From assembly GCA_964399865.1 (NCBI GenBank), contig CAYNRJ010000001.1, forward strand, positions 475,984-539,983: 64,000 bases of DNA. The letters are read 5' to 3'. Of the stretch, positions 56,049 through 64,000 are shown piece by piece. Origin of the DNA: an uncultured Candidatus Saccharibacteria bacterium. Its GTDB lineage: Bacteria; Patescibacteriota; Minisyncoccia; Phycocordibacterales; UBA2100. The stretch's first letter is position 1. Each line of letters opens with the position of its first letter. The notes beneath the pieces are model-generated. The model saw nothing but the letters and a program-made list of their open reading frames with translations, made no database searches and was not told the DNA's origin. Position numbers and translations under genes: made by a program.

Positions 56049-57998
56049 ATGGGATTTAAAGACTTACTGCCATTTGGAAAGAAACCAACGCCGCCCGAGG
56101 CGCGAGTTCTTCCTGTGTTACCTGAGGAAATATACGAAACGGGAGTTCTTGACCTCCAGGATGTCATCGCACCGCACGCACTCCGTGTTAATTCACGTGA
56201 GCTCGACCTCGGCGAGAAGATCGCGCGAACTTTTTTCGTGATCTCTTACCCCCGCTTCCTCACGACAGGATGGTTCGCCCCGATCATCAACATGGACAAG
56301 GTCTTGGATATTGCCATCTACGTCCACCCGATGGACACAAATGAGATGCTTCGAAAGTTCCAGAAAAAAGTGGCTGAGGTGCAGAGTCAGATATCGACAC
56401 GTGAAGAGAAGGGGATGGTGCGAGACCCTATGCTCGATACTGCATACAGCGACTTGGAAACTTTGCGTGACTCTCTGCAGCAGGCACAGGAGCGTATTTT
56501 CGAAGTGGGATTGTACTTAACAATTTACGGTAATACCCGCGAGGAAATCGATAAGGTGGAATCTGAGGTGCGTTCAATTCTCGAATCGCGTCTCGTATAC
56601 ATTCGTCCTGCACTATTCCAACAGGAGAGTGGGTTCAGAAGTGTCTTGCCGCTCGCTACCGATGAGCTTGATGTCCATACAAAACTCAACTCCGCTCCTC
56701 TCTCTTCGATCTTTCCATTCATATCATTCGACCTTACGAGCGATCGCGGCATCCTCTATGGCGTCAACCGCCACAATTCTTCTCTCATTCTCTTCGATCG
56801 TTTCTCGATGGAAAACTACAACTCGGTCACCTTCGCAAAATCCGGTGCCGGCAAGTCGTACATGACCAAGCTCGAGATATTGCGATCTCTCATGTTCGAA
56901 ACCGAGGTTATCGTAATCGACCCAGAACGCGAGTACGAATATCTCGCAGAAACAGTGGGCGGGCGATACTTCAACATCTCACTCTCCTCTGAGCACCACA
57001 TAAATCCATTCGATCTTCCTGTCCCTCGCGAGGATGAAAACCCATCAGATATTTTGCGCAGTAACATCATTACTCTCGTAGGACTTTTCCGCATTATGCT
57101 CGGGGGCCTTACGCCTGAAGAAGATGCGATCATTGATAAAGCCATAACCGAAACCTACGCATTGAAAGACATCACACCGGACGCGAACTTTGCCGCAATA
57201 GAGCCACCGCTTCTCTCTGACTTTGAACTGGTACTTTCCGGACTAGAAGGATCGGAGTCGCTCGTCGCTCGTCTTTCTAAATATACGAAAGGAACTTGGT
57301 CGGGATTCATGAATAGACCAACGAACGTCGACATGAATAAGAGATTGATTGTTTTCTCGGTCCGCGACATGGAGGATGACTTGAAACCAATTGCGATGTA
57401 CATCATCACACATCACATTTGGAATGCGGTTAGGAAAGAATTGCGTAAACGTCTTCTCGTCATCGATGAGGCGTGGTGGATGATGCGTTCAGAAGATACC
57501 GCATCATTTCTCTATTCCGTTGCTAAACGAGGACGTAAATACTATCTCGGAATTTCAACCATTACCCAAGACGTATCCGACTTCCTCAATTCGCCGTATG
57601 GAGTTCCGATGATAACTAACTCTTCTATCCAAATACTTCTACGCCAATCTCCGACATCCGTTGACCTCGTGCAATCAACATTTAAATTATCCGATGAGGA
57701 AAAATACCTCCTGCTTGAATCCGATGTGGGGGAGGGAATATTCTTTGCGGGCCTTAAACACGTAGCGGTAAAAGTTATCGCATCATACACAGAAGATCAA
57801 ATCATCACGTCCGATCCATCTCAGGTTCTCGCGATCAGGAAAGCTAAGAGGGATCTTGAAGATGCAAATTCAGGTGAAGCACCCCCGCTTCCAGAGGTCA
57901 AAAAAATCCCTGAAATGCCGGATCGCCCAGTTGCGCCCCAAACCCCAGCCGTTCCACCCGCACCAAACATCGCGCCACCCAAAGACATGGCAATATGA
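56049..57998 (+). CDS. VirB4/TraC/TrsE-family T4SS ATPase, central and ATPase portion
   Basis: 649 aa; Walker A 'TFAKSGAGKSYMTKLEI', Walker B 'RLLVIDEAWWMM', 'GISTITQDVSDF' helicase-like motif; in frame with and contiguous to the 55359 ORF, the two together being about 877 aa (typical VirB4 length). Confidence 0.75.
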   Translation: MGFKDLLPFGKKPTPPEARVLPVLPEEIYETGVLDLQDVIAPHALRVNSRELDLGEKIARTFFVISYPRFLTTGWFAPIINMDKVLDIAIYVHPMDTNEMLRKFQKKVAEVQSQISTREEKGMVRDPMLDTAYSDLETLRDSLQQAQERIFEVGLYLTIYGNTREEIDKVESEVRSILESRLVYIRPALFQQESGFRSVLPLATDELDVHTKLNSAPLSSIFPFISFDLTSDRGILYGVNRHNSSLILFDRFSMENYNSVTFAKSGAGKSYMTKLEILRSLMFETEVIVIDPEREYEYLAETVGGRYFNISLSSEHHINPFDLPVPREDENPSDILRSNIITLVGLFRIMLGGLTPEEDAIIDKAITETYALKDITPDANFAAIEPPLLSDFELVLSGLEGSESLVARLSKYTKGTWSGFMNRPTNVDMNKRLIVFSVRDMEDDLKPIAMYIITHHIWNAVRKELRKRLLVIDEAWWMMRSEDTASFLYSVAKRGRKYYLGISTITQDVSDFLNSPYGVPMITNSSIQILLRQSPTSVDLVQSTFKLSDEEKYLLLESDVGEGIFFAGLKHVAVKVIASYTEDQIITSDPSQVLAIRKAKRDLEDANSGEAPPLPEVKKIPEMPDRPVAPQTPAVPPAPNIAPPKDMAI

Positions 57999-59059
57999 AA
58001 AAGGCAGCAGCGCCATTCCTATTTCTTGCGCTTATTTTTTTCTCACTGCTAGTGCCCAGCACTCCTGCCCACGCTCAATTAGTGTTCCCCGGGACAACAC
58101 CAGATCTCGCTCTTGAAGCAGTGCCCGAAAACCCTCGACCGAATTCAAACATTACTCTTCGGATAAGAAGTGTGCTGCTCGACCTCACCCAAAGCGAGAT
58201 CACGTGGTACGTGAATGGCACTGTTACAAGTACTGGTATTGGGATTACTGAAACTAGCGTAGCAACGGGAGCGCTGGGAACAGAGACCCGGGTGCGTGTT
58301 GAAGCAATTGGAGAAGCAGGGAGCGCTTTTGCCGTTGGGGTATTTCGTCCTACTGACATAGATCTTCTGTGGGAGGCTGATTCGTATGTGCCCCCATTTT
58401 ATCGAGGTCGCGCGCTTCCATCTGCGGGAAGTACCGTTCGCTTATTTGCGGTACCTCGATTTACGAGAGTCGGATCTACTTCCTTTTTACCATCGAGTGA
58501 ACTCATGTATACCTGGAAAAGGAACGATCAAACTATTCCAAAGGCATCTGGCTTCGGAAAAGACACGGTCCAAATTGAAACGTCCATTATATCGAGCGGC
58601 GACGTTATATCCGTAGAAATAGCAACCGCAGACGGGATACTGGAAGGATCTGCTTCGGTACGGTTACCTTCGGTAGAACCTTCTCTCGTGTTATACGAAA
58701 ATCATCCAGTCTTCGGGGTTCTGTATCACCGTGGATTGCAGAGCCCTGCCTCAGTCACTGAGTCCGAAACAACATTTATAGCTGTTCCGTATTTCGCGCC
58801 TACTCGAAATCCTGATAACGGGTCACTCATTTATAAATGGCGGGTTGGTAACTCATCTATACCAAGCAGTTTTACGAAACCTAGCGCAATCACAATCAAC
58901 GCAGAGGGAACAAATGGTGTAGCTCTCATACAGCTCGCCGTTACACACGCGTCGAATTTCTTACTGAACATACAGAACGCATGGGCCGTGACTCTCGCTG
59001 GAACAGACACATCAACCACTGTGAGTCCTTTCACGGACCCTTTCACAAGTGGTGAATAA
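57995..59059 (+). CDS. Secreted beta-rich protein (signal peptide, Ig-like repeats), T4SS-like operon
   Basis: 'MKKAAAPFLFLALIFFSLLVPSTPAHA' signal peptide; 4-nt overlap with the VirB4 stop. Confidence 0.55.
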   Translation: MKKAAAPFLFLALIFFSLLVPSTPAHAQLVFPGTTPDLALEAVPENPRPNSNITLRIRSVLLDLTQSEITWYVNGTVTSTGIGITETSVATGALGTETRVRVEAIGEAGSAFAVGVFRPTDIDLLWEADSYVPPFYRGRALPSAGSTVRLFAVPRFTRVGSTSFLPSSELMYTWKRNDQTIPKASGFGKDTVQIETSIISSGDVISVEIATADGILEGSASVRLPSVEPSLVLYENHPVFGVLYHRGLQSPASVTESETTFIAVPYFAPTRNPDNGSLIYKWRVGNSSIPSSFTKPSAITINAEGTNGVALIQLAVTHASNFLLNIQNAWAVTLAGTDTSTTVSPFTDPFTSGE

Positions 59060-60317
59060 TACTATGCGTATACGTATACCGACATCACTCCTCCGTTACA
59101 CTCTGATACTTCTTGTTGTTTTACTATTTGGCATCCTCTTGTGGTGGTATTTCTTCCTCGGAGCCAAACAGGATTCACTGGAAGCGACTGATGACGGAAG
59201 GGGAGCAGGAGTAGAGGCGCCTTCTTTCGGAAATGCGATCGGGAGCACGTACGGCAATATTGTTTCAAGCATAGGAGCGGCCATATCAAACACGAGCGAG
59301 GAAGAGCCTGCCGCTCCACAAACAACCCCGCCTTTATGGCATGCGGCGAAAAGCCCTGTGGCAGGCGCAAGCTTTATTTTAAATGGAACTACGACCGCAA
59401 TCCGCTTCGTAGAACGAGGTACGGGATACGTTCTGGAGGCAAATCCTGAAACAGGGGAGCTTACTCGCATCACGAACACCCTCATACCACGCGTATACGA
59501 AGCTTACGTAGGAGCTAATGGAAGTCTTATTTTGCGAAGCCTGGATGAGGCTGACAATATCGTAACGAGTGCCGGACAAATAGTTGCAACAACTTCTGAA
59601 GATGTCGCACCAAAGCCCCTAGCTTTGCGTCAATTACCCTTAAACATTCGTACGATCGCTCTGCACCCCGAAGGAGAAGAGGTTTTTTATATTGAACCCG
59701 GATACTCTGTGGAAGACGAGTATTCCATTGTTCGGGCCGCATGGAACGGCACCGCGGTTAAACGTATCGGTACGGTGGGTATTTCGGGTTGGCAAGCAAA
59801 GTGGCTCTCCGACGATCGAATAATATTGACACAGAATGCAGGCGGCACATCGAATTATGCATATGAATTAGCGGCAAACGGATCACTCGTGCGCCTCGCA
59901 AATCCCGCAGGCGGACTAGTAGTACTACCTCGTCCAAACTCTAAAGCGTTACTCTATGGCAGTGCCTCGAACGGCTTCCTCCTTTCAGTTCTCACAGATG
60001 CAAACGCGGATCCCAAGACACTTTCTATCCGCACCACCGCTGATAAGTGCGTATGGTCGCCTAGCGCTGTTCTAATTGTGTACTGCGCAGTCCCACAAAC
60101 TCTACCAGGAGCAGATTTCCTAACCGCTAGAGCGCAGGGGACAGAACATACTGCCGACACCTGGTGGAAAATCGATATACGAACAGGTAGAGCAGAAATT
60201 TTACCCGTCGAAACTATGCCTCAAGTGGATGTCGAGAATCCTATAATGGATCCGTCTGGGAAATACCTACTATTTACGAACAGTCGCGATAAATCGCTTT
60301 GGTTGGTACGTATCTAA
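59049..60317 (+). CDS. Membrane-anchored protein with a beta-propeller-like (TolB-like) extracytoplasmic domain
   Basis: TM 'LLRYTLILLVVLLFGILLWWYFF'; repeated beta-strand blades ('GTGYVLEANPETGELTRITN', 'GKYLLFTNSRDKSLWLVRI'); the start may be at 59064. Confidence 0.5.
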   Translation: MVNNTMRIRIPTSLLRYTLILLVVLLFGILLWWYFFLGAKQDSLEATDDGRGAGVEAPSFGNAIGSTYGNIVSSIGAAISNTSEEEPAAPQTTPPLWHAAKSPVAGASFILNGTTTAIRFVERGTGYVLEANPETGELTRITNTLIPRVYEAYVGANGSLILRSLDEADNIVTSAGQIVATTSEDVAPKPLALRQLPLNIRTIALHPEGEEVFYIEPGYSVEDEYSIVRAAWNGTAVKRIGTVGISGWQAKWLSDDRIILTQNAGGTSNYAYELAANGSLVRLANPAGGLVVLPRPNSKALLYGSASNGFLLSVLTDANADPKTLSIRTTADKCVWSPSAVLIVYCAVPQTLPGADFLTARAQGTEHTADTWWKIDIRTGRAEILPVETMPQVDVENPIMDPSGKYLLFTNSRDKSLWLVRI

Positions 60318-63300
60318 AGTATATGAGCACGACACTTACTCTGAAGAAAATATTGGTCGGCGGCGCTCTTGTACTACCGTGTCTCATTAGCACGTTCACC
60401 CTCTCCCTTCCTTCTGTCGAGGCAGCGGACATATCTCCTTCGTGTGCTGATCGAGCAGACGGATTCATCCCGCTTGCGTGTGTCGATAATACTGTACTTG
60501 GAGATTTATACGCCACGGGTGATGTTGCGCCCGATGCGGAATTTAGTGGAAATCTTACCGACTACGTTGGAAGAATATTCTTCTTCGCTATCACAATCGG
60601 GGGAGTGCTTGCAGTCCTTCGTGTTGCCTGGGCTGGGTTCTTATACATAACAAGTGATCTGTGGCACACAAAGGAACGCGCGAAAGAGATGCTACGGGAA
60701 ACCGTACTCGGACTCTGTCTTTTGCTTTCAGTCTGGCTTATCTTGAACCAGATCAACCCGCGGATTCTAAGTCTCGACTTTAATTTCACACCGCCTGCGG
60801 AAGATGTCGGGGCAGATGATCCTGATTCACCTGGACCTGCCACTCCACAGCCAACCCAGGCACAGATGCGAGTGATGCAGACCTTGGGGACCTACCGATC
60901 TTCGTGGAACCTCTCACCACTACCAGCTCAGAGTTGCGCCTCTCCAACTTCACTATCGATGGGTAATTACCTTTGTTTCGAAAGCTGGCATCACTGCGAA
61001 GCGGTTGCTGAGGTAGAAGGCGCTAGCTGCACATTTACGCCGACCGCCGAGATCCCAAGCCCATTTTTTGATCCTACCCTCGGACCGAACGGGGGATACT
61101 GGCGCCCAACTATAGTCATTTGGAACGGTGACAGATACCATTCTGAAGAGGATTGTCTTGCGGCTAGACCCCAATACAACGAATGCGAATCTGTCGCATA
61201 TGATGCTCCCATAGGCACATACTACCCGAACGCCGAAACCCCACCTGGCTGGTGTTATTTAGATACATGGTTACCAGATGGCAAATATTGTGACCCTTCG
61301 TGGACTGAAGATGCGTGCCGCGCAGCAGGGAATGCTTACGGCTCAAACATCGGAAGCCGGTGCGATGAGTCTGGCACCGAAAATTCTTATGTTAGTACAT
61401 ACACCGAGATACAAAATGATTCACTAACTTCGGGCGCGCCGCGATATTGCATTCTAGAGTCCGGTGCATACCGCTGCTTCCTTTCCTCAGAGAGCTGTAA
61501 CGAGGCAGGCGATGACTGCTATAGAATCGGGAATTGGGAAGTGAAGCTTAATGGAGTTACGGCCATTCTCGATACGAGAGGTACTGTGAACCGATTTCAG
61601 ACCGCAGCGCTTAGTTGGGAGCCGTCCGTTGGGGCGGATCCGTCTGTAATTGAAGACGCTCGTGAATCTTTTAGAAATTACTGCGAGACTAGGGCAAGCG
61701 CTACGTACGTTGCGGCTGAGGGAAATGAAACCCGTGACTTCTGCCCAGTCTCCATTCCTGGTCCGAATACCGAAAATTTCTACACCTCATGGAATGCGGT
61801 TCCCGAAAACAAGTGGTGCTACAACCCTGTCGGCACTGAATTTTATTGCCCCGGTAACGAAAATGCGTGTATAGCTGCGGTCGCAGAAATTGGATATACA
61901 GACGTTTCCTGTGAATACAAACCTGCGAGATCAACAATAACTCAACCTGGCTTTGTATGCGGACAAGGCGGGCCAAACCAATTCTATTGCGGATTTAAAA
62001 ACGTCGCAGCATGCGCCGCATACGACACTCCACCTCTTTCTAATTGCGCACTAATACCAGAAATTCCTGACCCTACCTACACATACGCGCCGGCAAATCC
62101 AAATCAAACTGATCCGCCACAGACAAATACCCCAGAAGAAGTGGGGGCCGACCCAGCAGTCACCTATGACAGTAACGTTATACATGACACCCCGATTCTC
62201 GGATACACATGCTACCTACTATCAACCTCAAGATACCAATGTTATCGAGGAGGACCGATTGCTAACCCACCACCGCACTCACAGGCATTCAGTCCGGGAC
62301 CGCTGACTGGGTATTACTGCTTCTCGATGAACAACACATCGTCTCCGTATTACAGTTGTTACACGGGAGCGATAACGTGCGCTCAAGCTGCACAAGCAGT
62401 TGGTAAAACATGCGCCCTCGCATCTCTCCTGCGAGAACCAGGTCCGACTTTACAATGGAGTCAATCGCCGCGCTTAGAACAATATTGTTTCGCAGCAAAT
62501 GAGGGCGGATATGGATGTGTCGCAAATGAAGCGGCATGTAACACTTTCGCTGTCAGGGAAGGGAAAACCTGTACCCTTGCGACATTAAGAAATCAAAATG
62601 GTAGTACGGTGAGCACGCCCGCATCACAACCCGGAGTAGGATTACCTCCTCCAACGAGAACGGGGGCTACGTCCGTAATTCCATCGGCGGAAACGCCAAC
62701 CGAAACACTTGATGAATTACCTCCAAAAGACAACGTGTCGTTGTGGGGTCGCGCAATACAACGTCTTTTTGAGCTATGGGAATTACTACGACATCCTTCC
62801 GAATGGACGGCTGAATTCCGACAAATGGTGGAAGGTTTCCTAGGTCGGGAAGAGGAAACAACTATTGAAGCTGAGGTTGTAAATCCTCCAGCGGAGCAAC
62901 CTGTTGCTCAAATATCCACGCCGCCTAACACTCCTGTTGCTCAAACATATCCCTATTTCCAGCTCCCGGCAGGACAGTGGTGTCATAGGGTAGAGGGAAG
63001 TAATCCTCGCGCATATCAATGTTCCGGGGTGCGCGCCGCCTGTGAGGAAGGCGGCCAAACCTGTTTCCGAGCGGATGCGGCATCAACAATCCGTTCCGCA
63101 TCAGGAGGATCCGTGAGCTCTGCGATTGCGGCGGGCGGAGGGTATTGCACCGTACTTACTAGAGGAGTAAGCAACGCGATGTACTGTGGTTTCGCATCTG
63201 CCGAATCCTGTACTGAGTTTGTTCTAAATTCGAGCAGCCAAACTCAGACGACGACATCTTGTGACACTTATTGTCCAGCAGAGCTTCAAGCAGGGGCCGC

Positions 63301-63514
63301 ATCTCAAGGGGCAACGTATCAATGCAATATTACAGTCGGATCCTGGTGTTATGAAATATCGAAACCGACAAGCGCAACAACATTTGGCAGACGATATCAT
63401 TGCGCCGTAAATGAAAATATCTGTAACACTGCTCGCTCAGCGAACAATCCCGCGCCGATCAATAACAGCACCTGTCTTCAGTTTGGACCTTACGGACCTA
63501 CCCTTACGTCTTGA
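60299..63514 (+). CDS. Giant cell-surface protein: N-terminal VirB2/TrbC-like pilin module (signal peptide plus 2 TM helices) fused to a ~900-aa ectodomain made of about 10 cysteine-rich repeat modules
   Basis: Signal peptide '...LPCLISTFTLSLPSVEA'; 'YVGRIFFFAITIGGVLAVLRVAWAGFLYITS...RAKEMLRETVLGLCLLLSVWLILNQI' matches TrbC/VirB2 hairpin topology; repeats of the form [YWF]-x-C-x(7-11)-C-x(4-6)-C-x(7-14)-C (e.g. YLCFESWHHCEAVAEVEGASC, QYCFAANEGGYGCVANEAACNTFAVREGKTC). An alternative start lies at 60323. Confidence 0.6.
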   Translation: MVGTYLKYMSTTLTLKKILVGGALVLPCLISTFTLSLPSVEAADISPSCADRADGFIPLACVDNTVLGDLYATGDVAPDAEFSGNLTDYVGRIFFFAITIGGVLAVLRVAWAGFLYITSDLWHTKERAKEMLRETVLGLCLLLSVWLILNQINPRILSLDFNFTPPAEDVGADDPDSPGPATPQPTQAQMRVMQTLGTYRSSWNLSPLPAQSCASPTSLSMGNYLCFESWHHCEAVAEVEGASCTFTPTAEIPSPFFDPTLGPNGGYWRPTIVIWNGDRYHSEEDCLAARPQYNECESVAYDAPIGTYYPNAETPPGWCYLDTWLPDGKYCDPSWTEDACRAAGNAYGSNIGSRCDESGTENSYVSTYTEIQNDSLTSGAPRYCILESGAYRCFLSSESCNEAGDDCYRIGNWEVKLNGVTAILDTRGTVNRFQTAALSWEPSVGADPSVIEDARESFRNYCETRASATYVAAEGNETRDFCPVSIPGPNTENFYTSWNAVPENKWCYNPVGTEFYCPGNENACIAAVAEIGYTDVSCEYKPARSTITQPGFVCGQGGPNQFYCGFKNVAACAAYDTPPLSNCALIPEIPDPTYTYAPANPNQTDPPQTNTPEEVGADPAVTYDSNVIHDTPILGYTCYLLSTSRYQCYRGGPIANPPPHSQAFSPGPLTGYYCFSMNNTSSPYYSCYTGAITCAQAAQAVGKTCALASLLREPGPTLQWSQSPRLEQYCFAANEGGYGCVANEAACNTFAVREGKTCTLATLRNQNGSTVSTPASQPGVGLPPPTRTGATSVIPSAETPTETLDELPPKDNVSLWGRAIQRLFELWELLRHPSEWTAEFRQMVEGFLGREEETTIEAEVVNPPAEQPVAQISTPPNTPVAQTYPYFQLPAGQWCHRVEGSNPRAYQCSGVRAACEEGGQTCFRADAASTIRSASGGSVSSAIAAGGGYCTVLTRGVSNAMYCGFASAESCTEFVLNSSSQTQTTTSCDTYCPAELQAGAASQGATYQCNITVGSWCYEISKPTSATTFGRRYHCAVNENICNTARSANNPAPINNSTCLQFGPYGPTLTS

Positions 63515-63523
63515 GGTTTGCCT

Positions 63524-64000
63524 TTATTCAGCAGCGTACTTGATAACGACGCGGCGATTTCGTCCCTCACCTTGAGATTCCGTTTTGATATTTGGTGCGC
63601 CAGAGAGAGTTGAGTGGATGATGAGACGTTCGTATGAACTCATCGGTGTAAGCTCCACATCGTATTGAAATGACCGCGCTCTTTCTGCCATCATCAGCGC
63701 TTTTGTCTGGAGATCCTTTATCTGTTTCGTCTTATACTCATTAACATCAACGAGGAAGTGGAGAGGTCCGCCCCCGTGTGAATCTGCCCCTTCGGAAGGA
63801 GCCGGGGCTGCAGCCTCTTTATTCTTAGGGAATAGCTGTTTCTCTGCGATCTTTTTAACTAGCATATCGAGCGCCTGCAACGTGTCTCCACGCATACCGA
63901 TAAGCGCACGGCCGTCTCCCGCCTCTATGGAAAAGATAACCTGACCTGCTATTTCACTCTTTGTAATACCAGAGAAGGGGACACCGAGCGCAGTGAGAAG
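63524..64000 (-). CDS. khpB: KhpB/Jag (EloR) RNA-binding protein, KH plus R3H domains; 5'-partial (N-terminus beyond the window end)
   Basis: C-terminal R3H 'LTPMSSYERLIIHSTLSG...IKTESQGEGRNRRVVIK'; reading the frame upstream of the listed Met gives a KH-like 'ALIGMRGDTLQALDMLV' with no stop up to the window edge. Confidence 0.65.
   Translation of the reverse strand, partial: LLTALGVPFSGITKSEIAGQVIFSIEAGDGRALIGMRGDTLQALDMLVKKIAEKQLFPKNKEAAAPAPSEGADSHGGGPLHFLVDVNEYKTKQIKDLQTKALMMAERARSFQYDVELTPMSSYERLIIHSTLSGAPNIKTESQGEGRNRRVVIKYAAE

Noticed and set aside
1-64000. CRISPR arrays, rRNA genes, IS transposases
   Set aside because: No regularly spaced direct repeats with unique spacers, no rRNA-like conserved stretches, and no transposase-like ORFs (DDE/HTH signatures) were seen on either strand.

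Overview
Gene-dense bacterial window of about 64 kb at roughly 45-50 % GC, standard genetic code (complete ORFs with TGA/TAA/TAG stops, canonical tRNAs without encoded CCA). It is probably from a small-genome, possibly CPR/Patescibacteria-like bacterium; that assignment is inference only. Housekeeping genes recognised by motif: recJ, HIT, pgk, tpiA, nusA, ppa, trigger factor, clpP, RNase Y, HU, CCA-adding enzyme, xth, xerC/D-like recombinase, rarA, FKBP, rpsO, NYN/LabA, pnp, DksA-like, comM/yifB, purA-like, LysM/M23 peptidase, uvrD/pcrA, rsmA and khpB/jag (partial). Four tRNAs: Gly-TCC, Pro-TGG, Gly-GCC, Arg-TCG. One type IV pilus block on the minus strand (pilB, pilC, three large pilin-like proteins) is flanked by two copies of an ~80-nt GC-rich element whose terminal stem covaries. 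The main find is an ~15 kb same-strand operon (48235-63514) that looks like a type IV secretion-like apparatus. It contains a VirB6-like polytopic protein, a VirB3-like two-helix protein, a VirB4-family ATPase split by one in-frame TAA, and a 1071-aa protein with a VirB2/TrbC-like N-terminus fused to about ten cysteine-rich repeat modules. No relaxase or coupling protein is present. Other unusual items: a DnaA paralog with domains I and IV but no AAA+ domain, sitting in a high-GC islet; two further high-GC islets; partial 3'-end duplications downstream of two tRNAs; a 14-bp perfect palindrome (ATTTCACGTGAAAT) in three copies in and upstream of a yraN-like gene; and a TGTCCTTTA / TAAAGGACA inverted-repeat motif family in three AT-rich intergenic regions. 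No rRNA, CRISPR array or intact transposase was seen.
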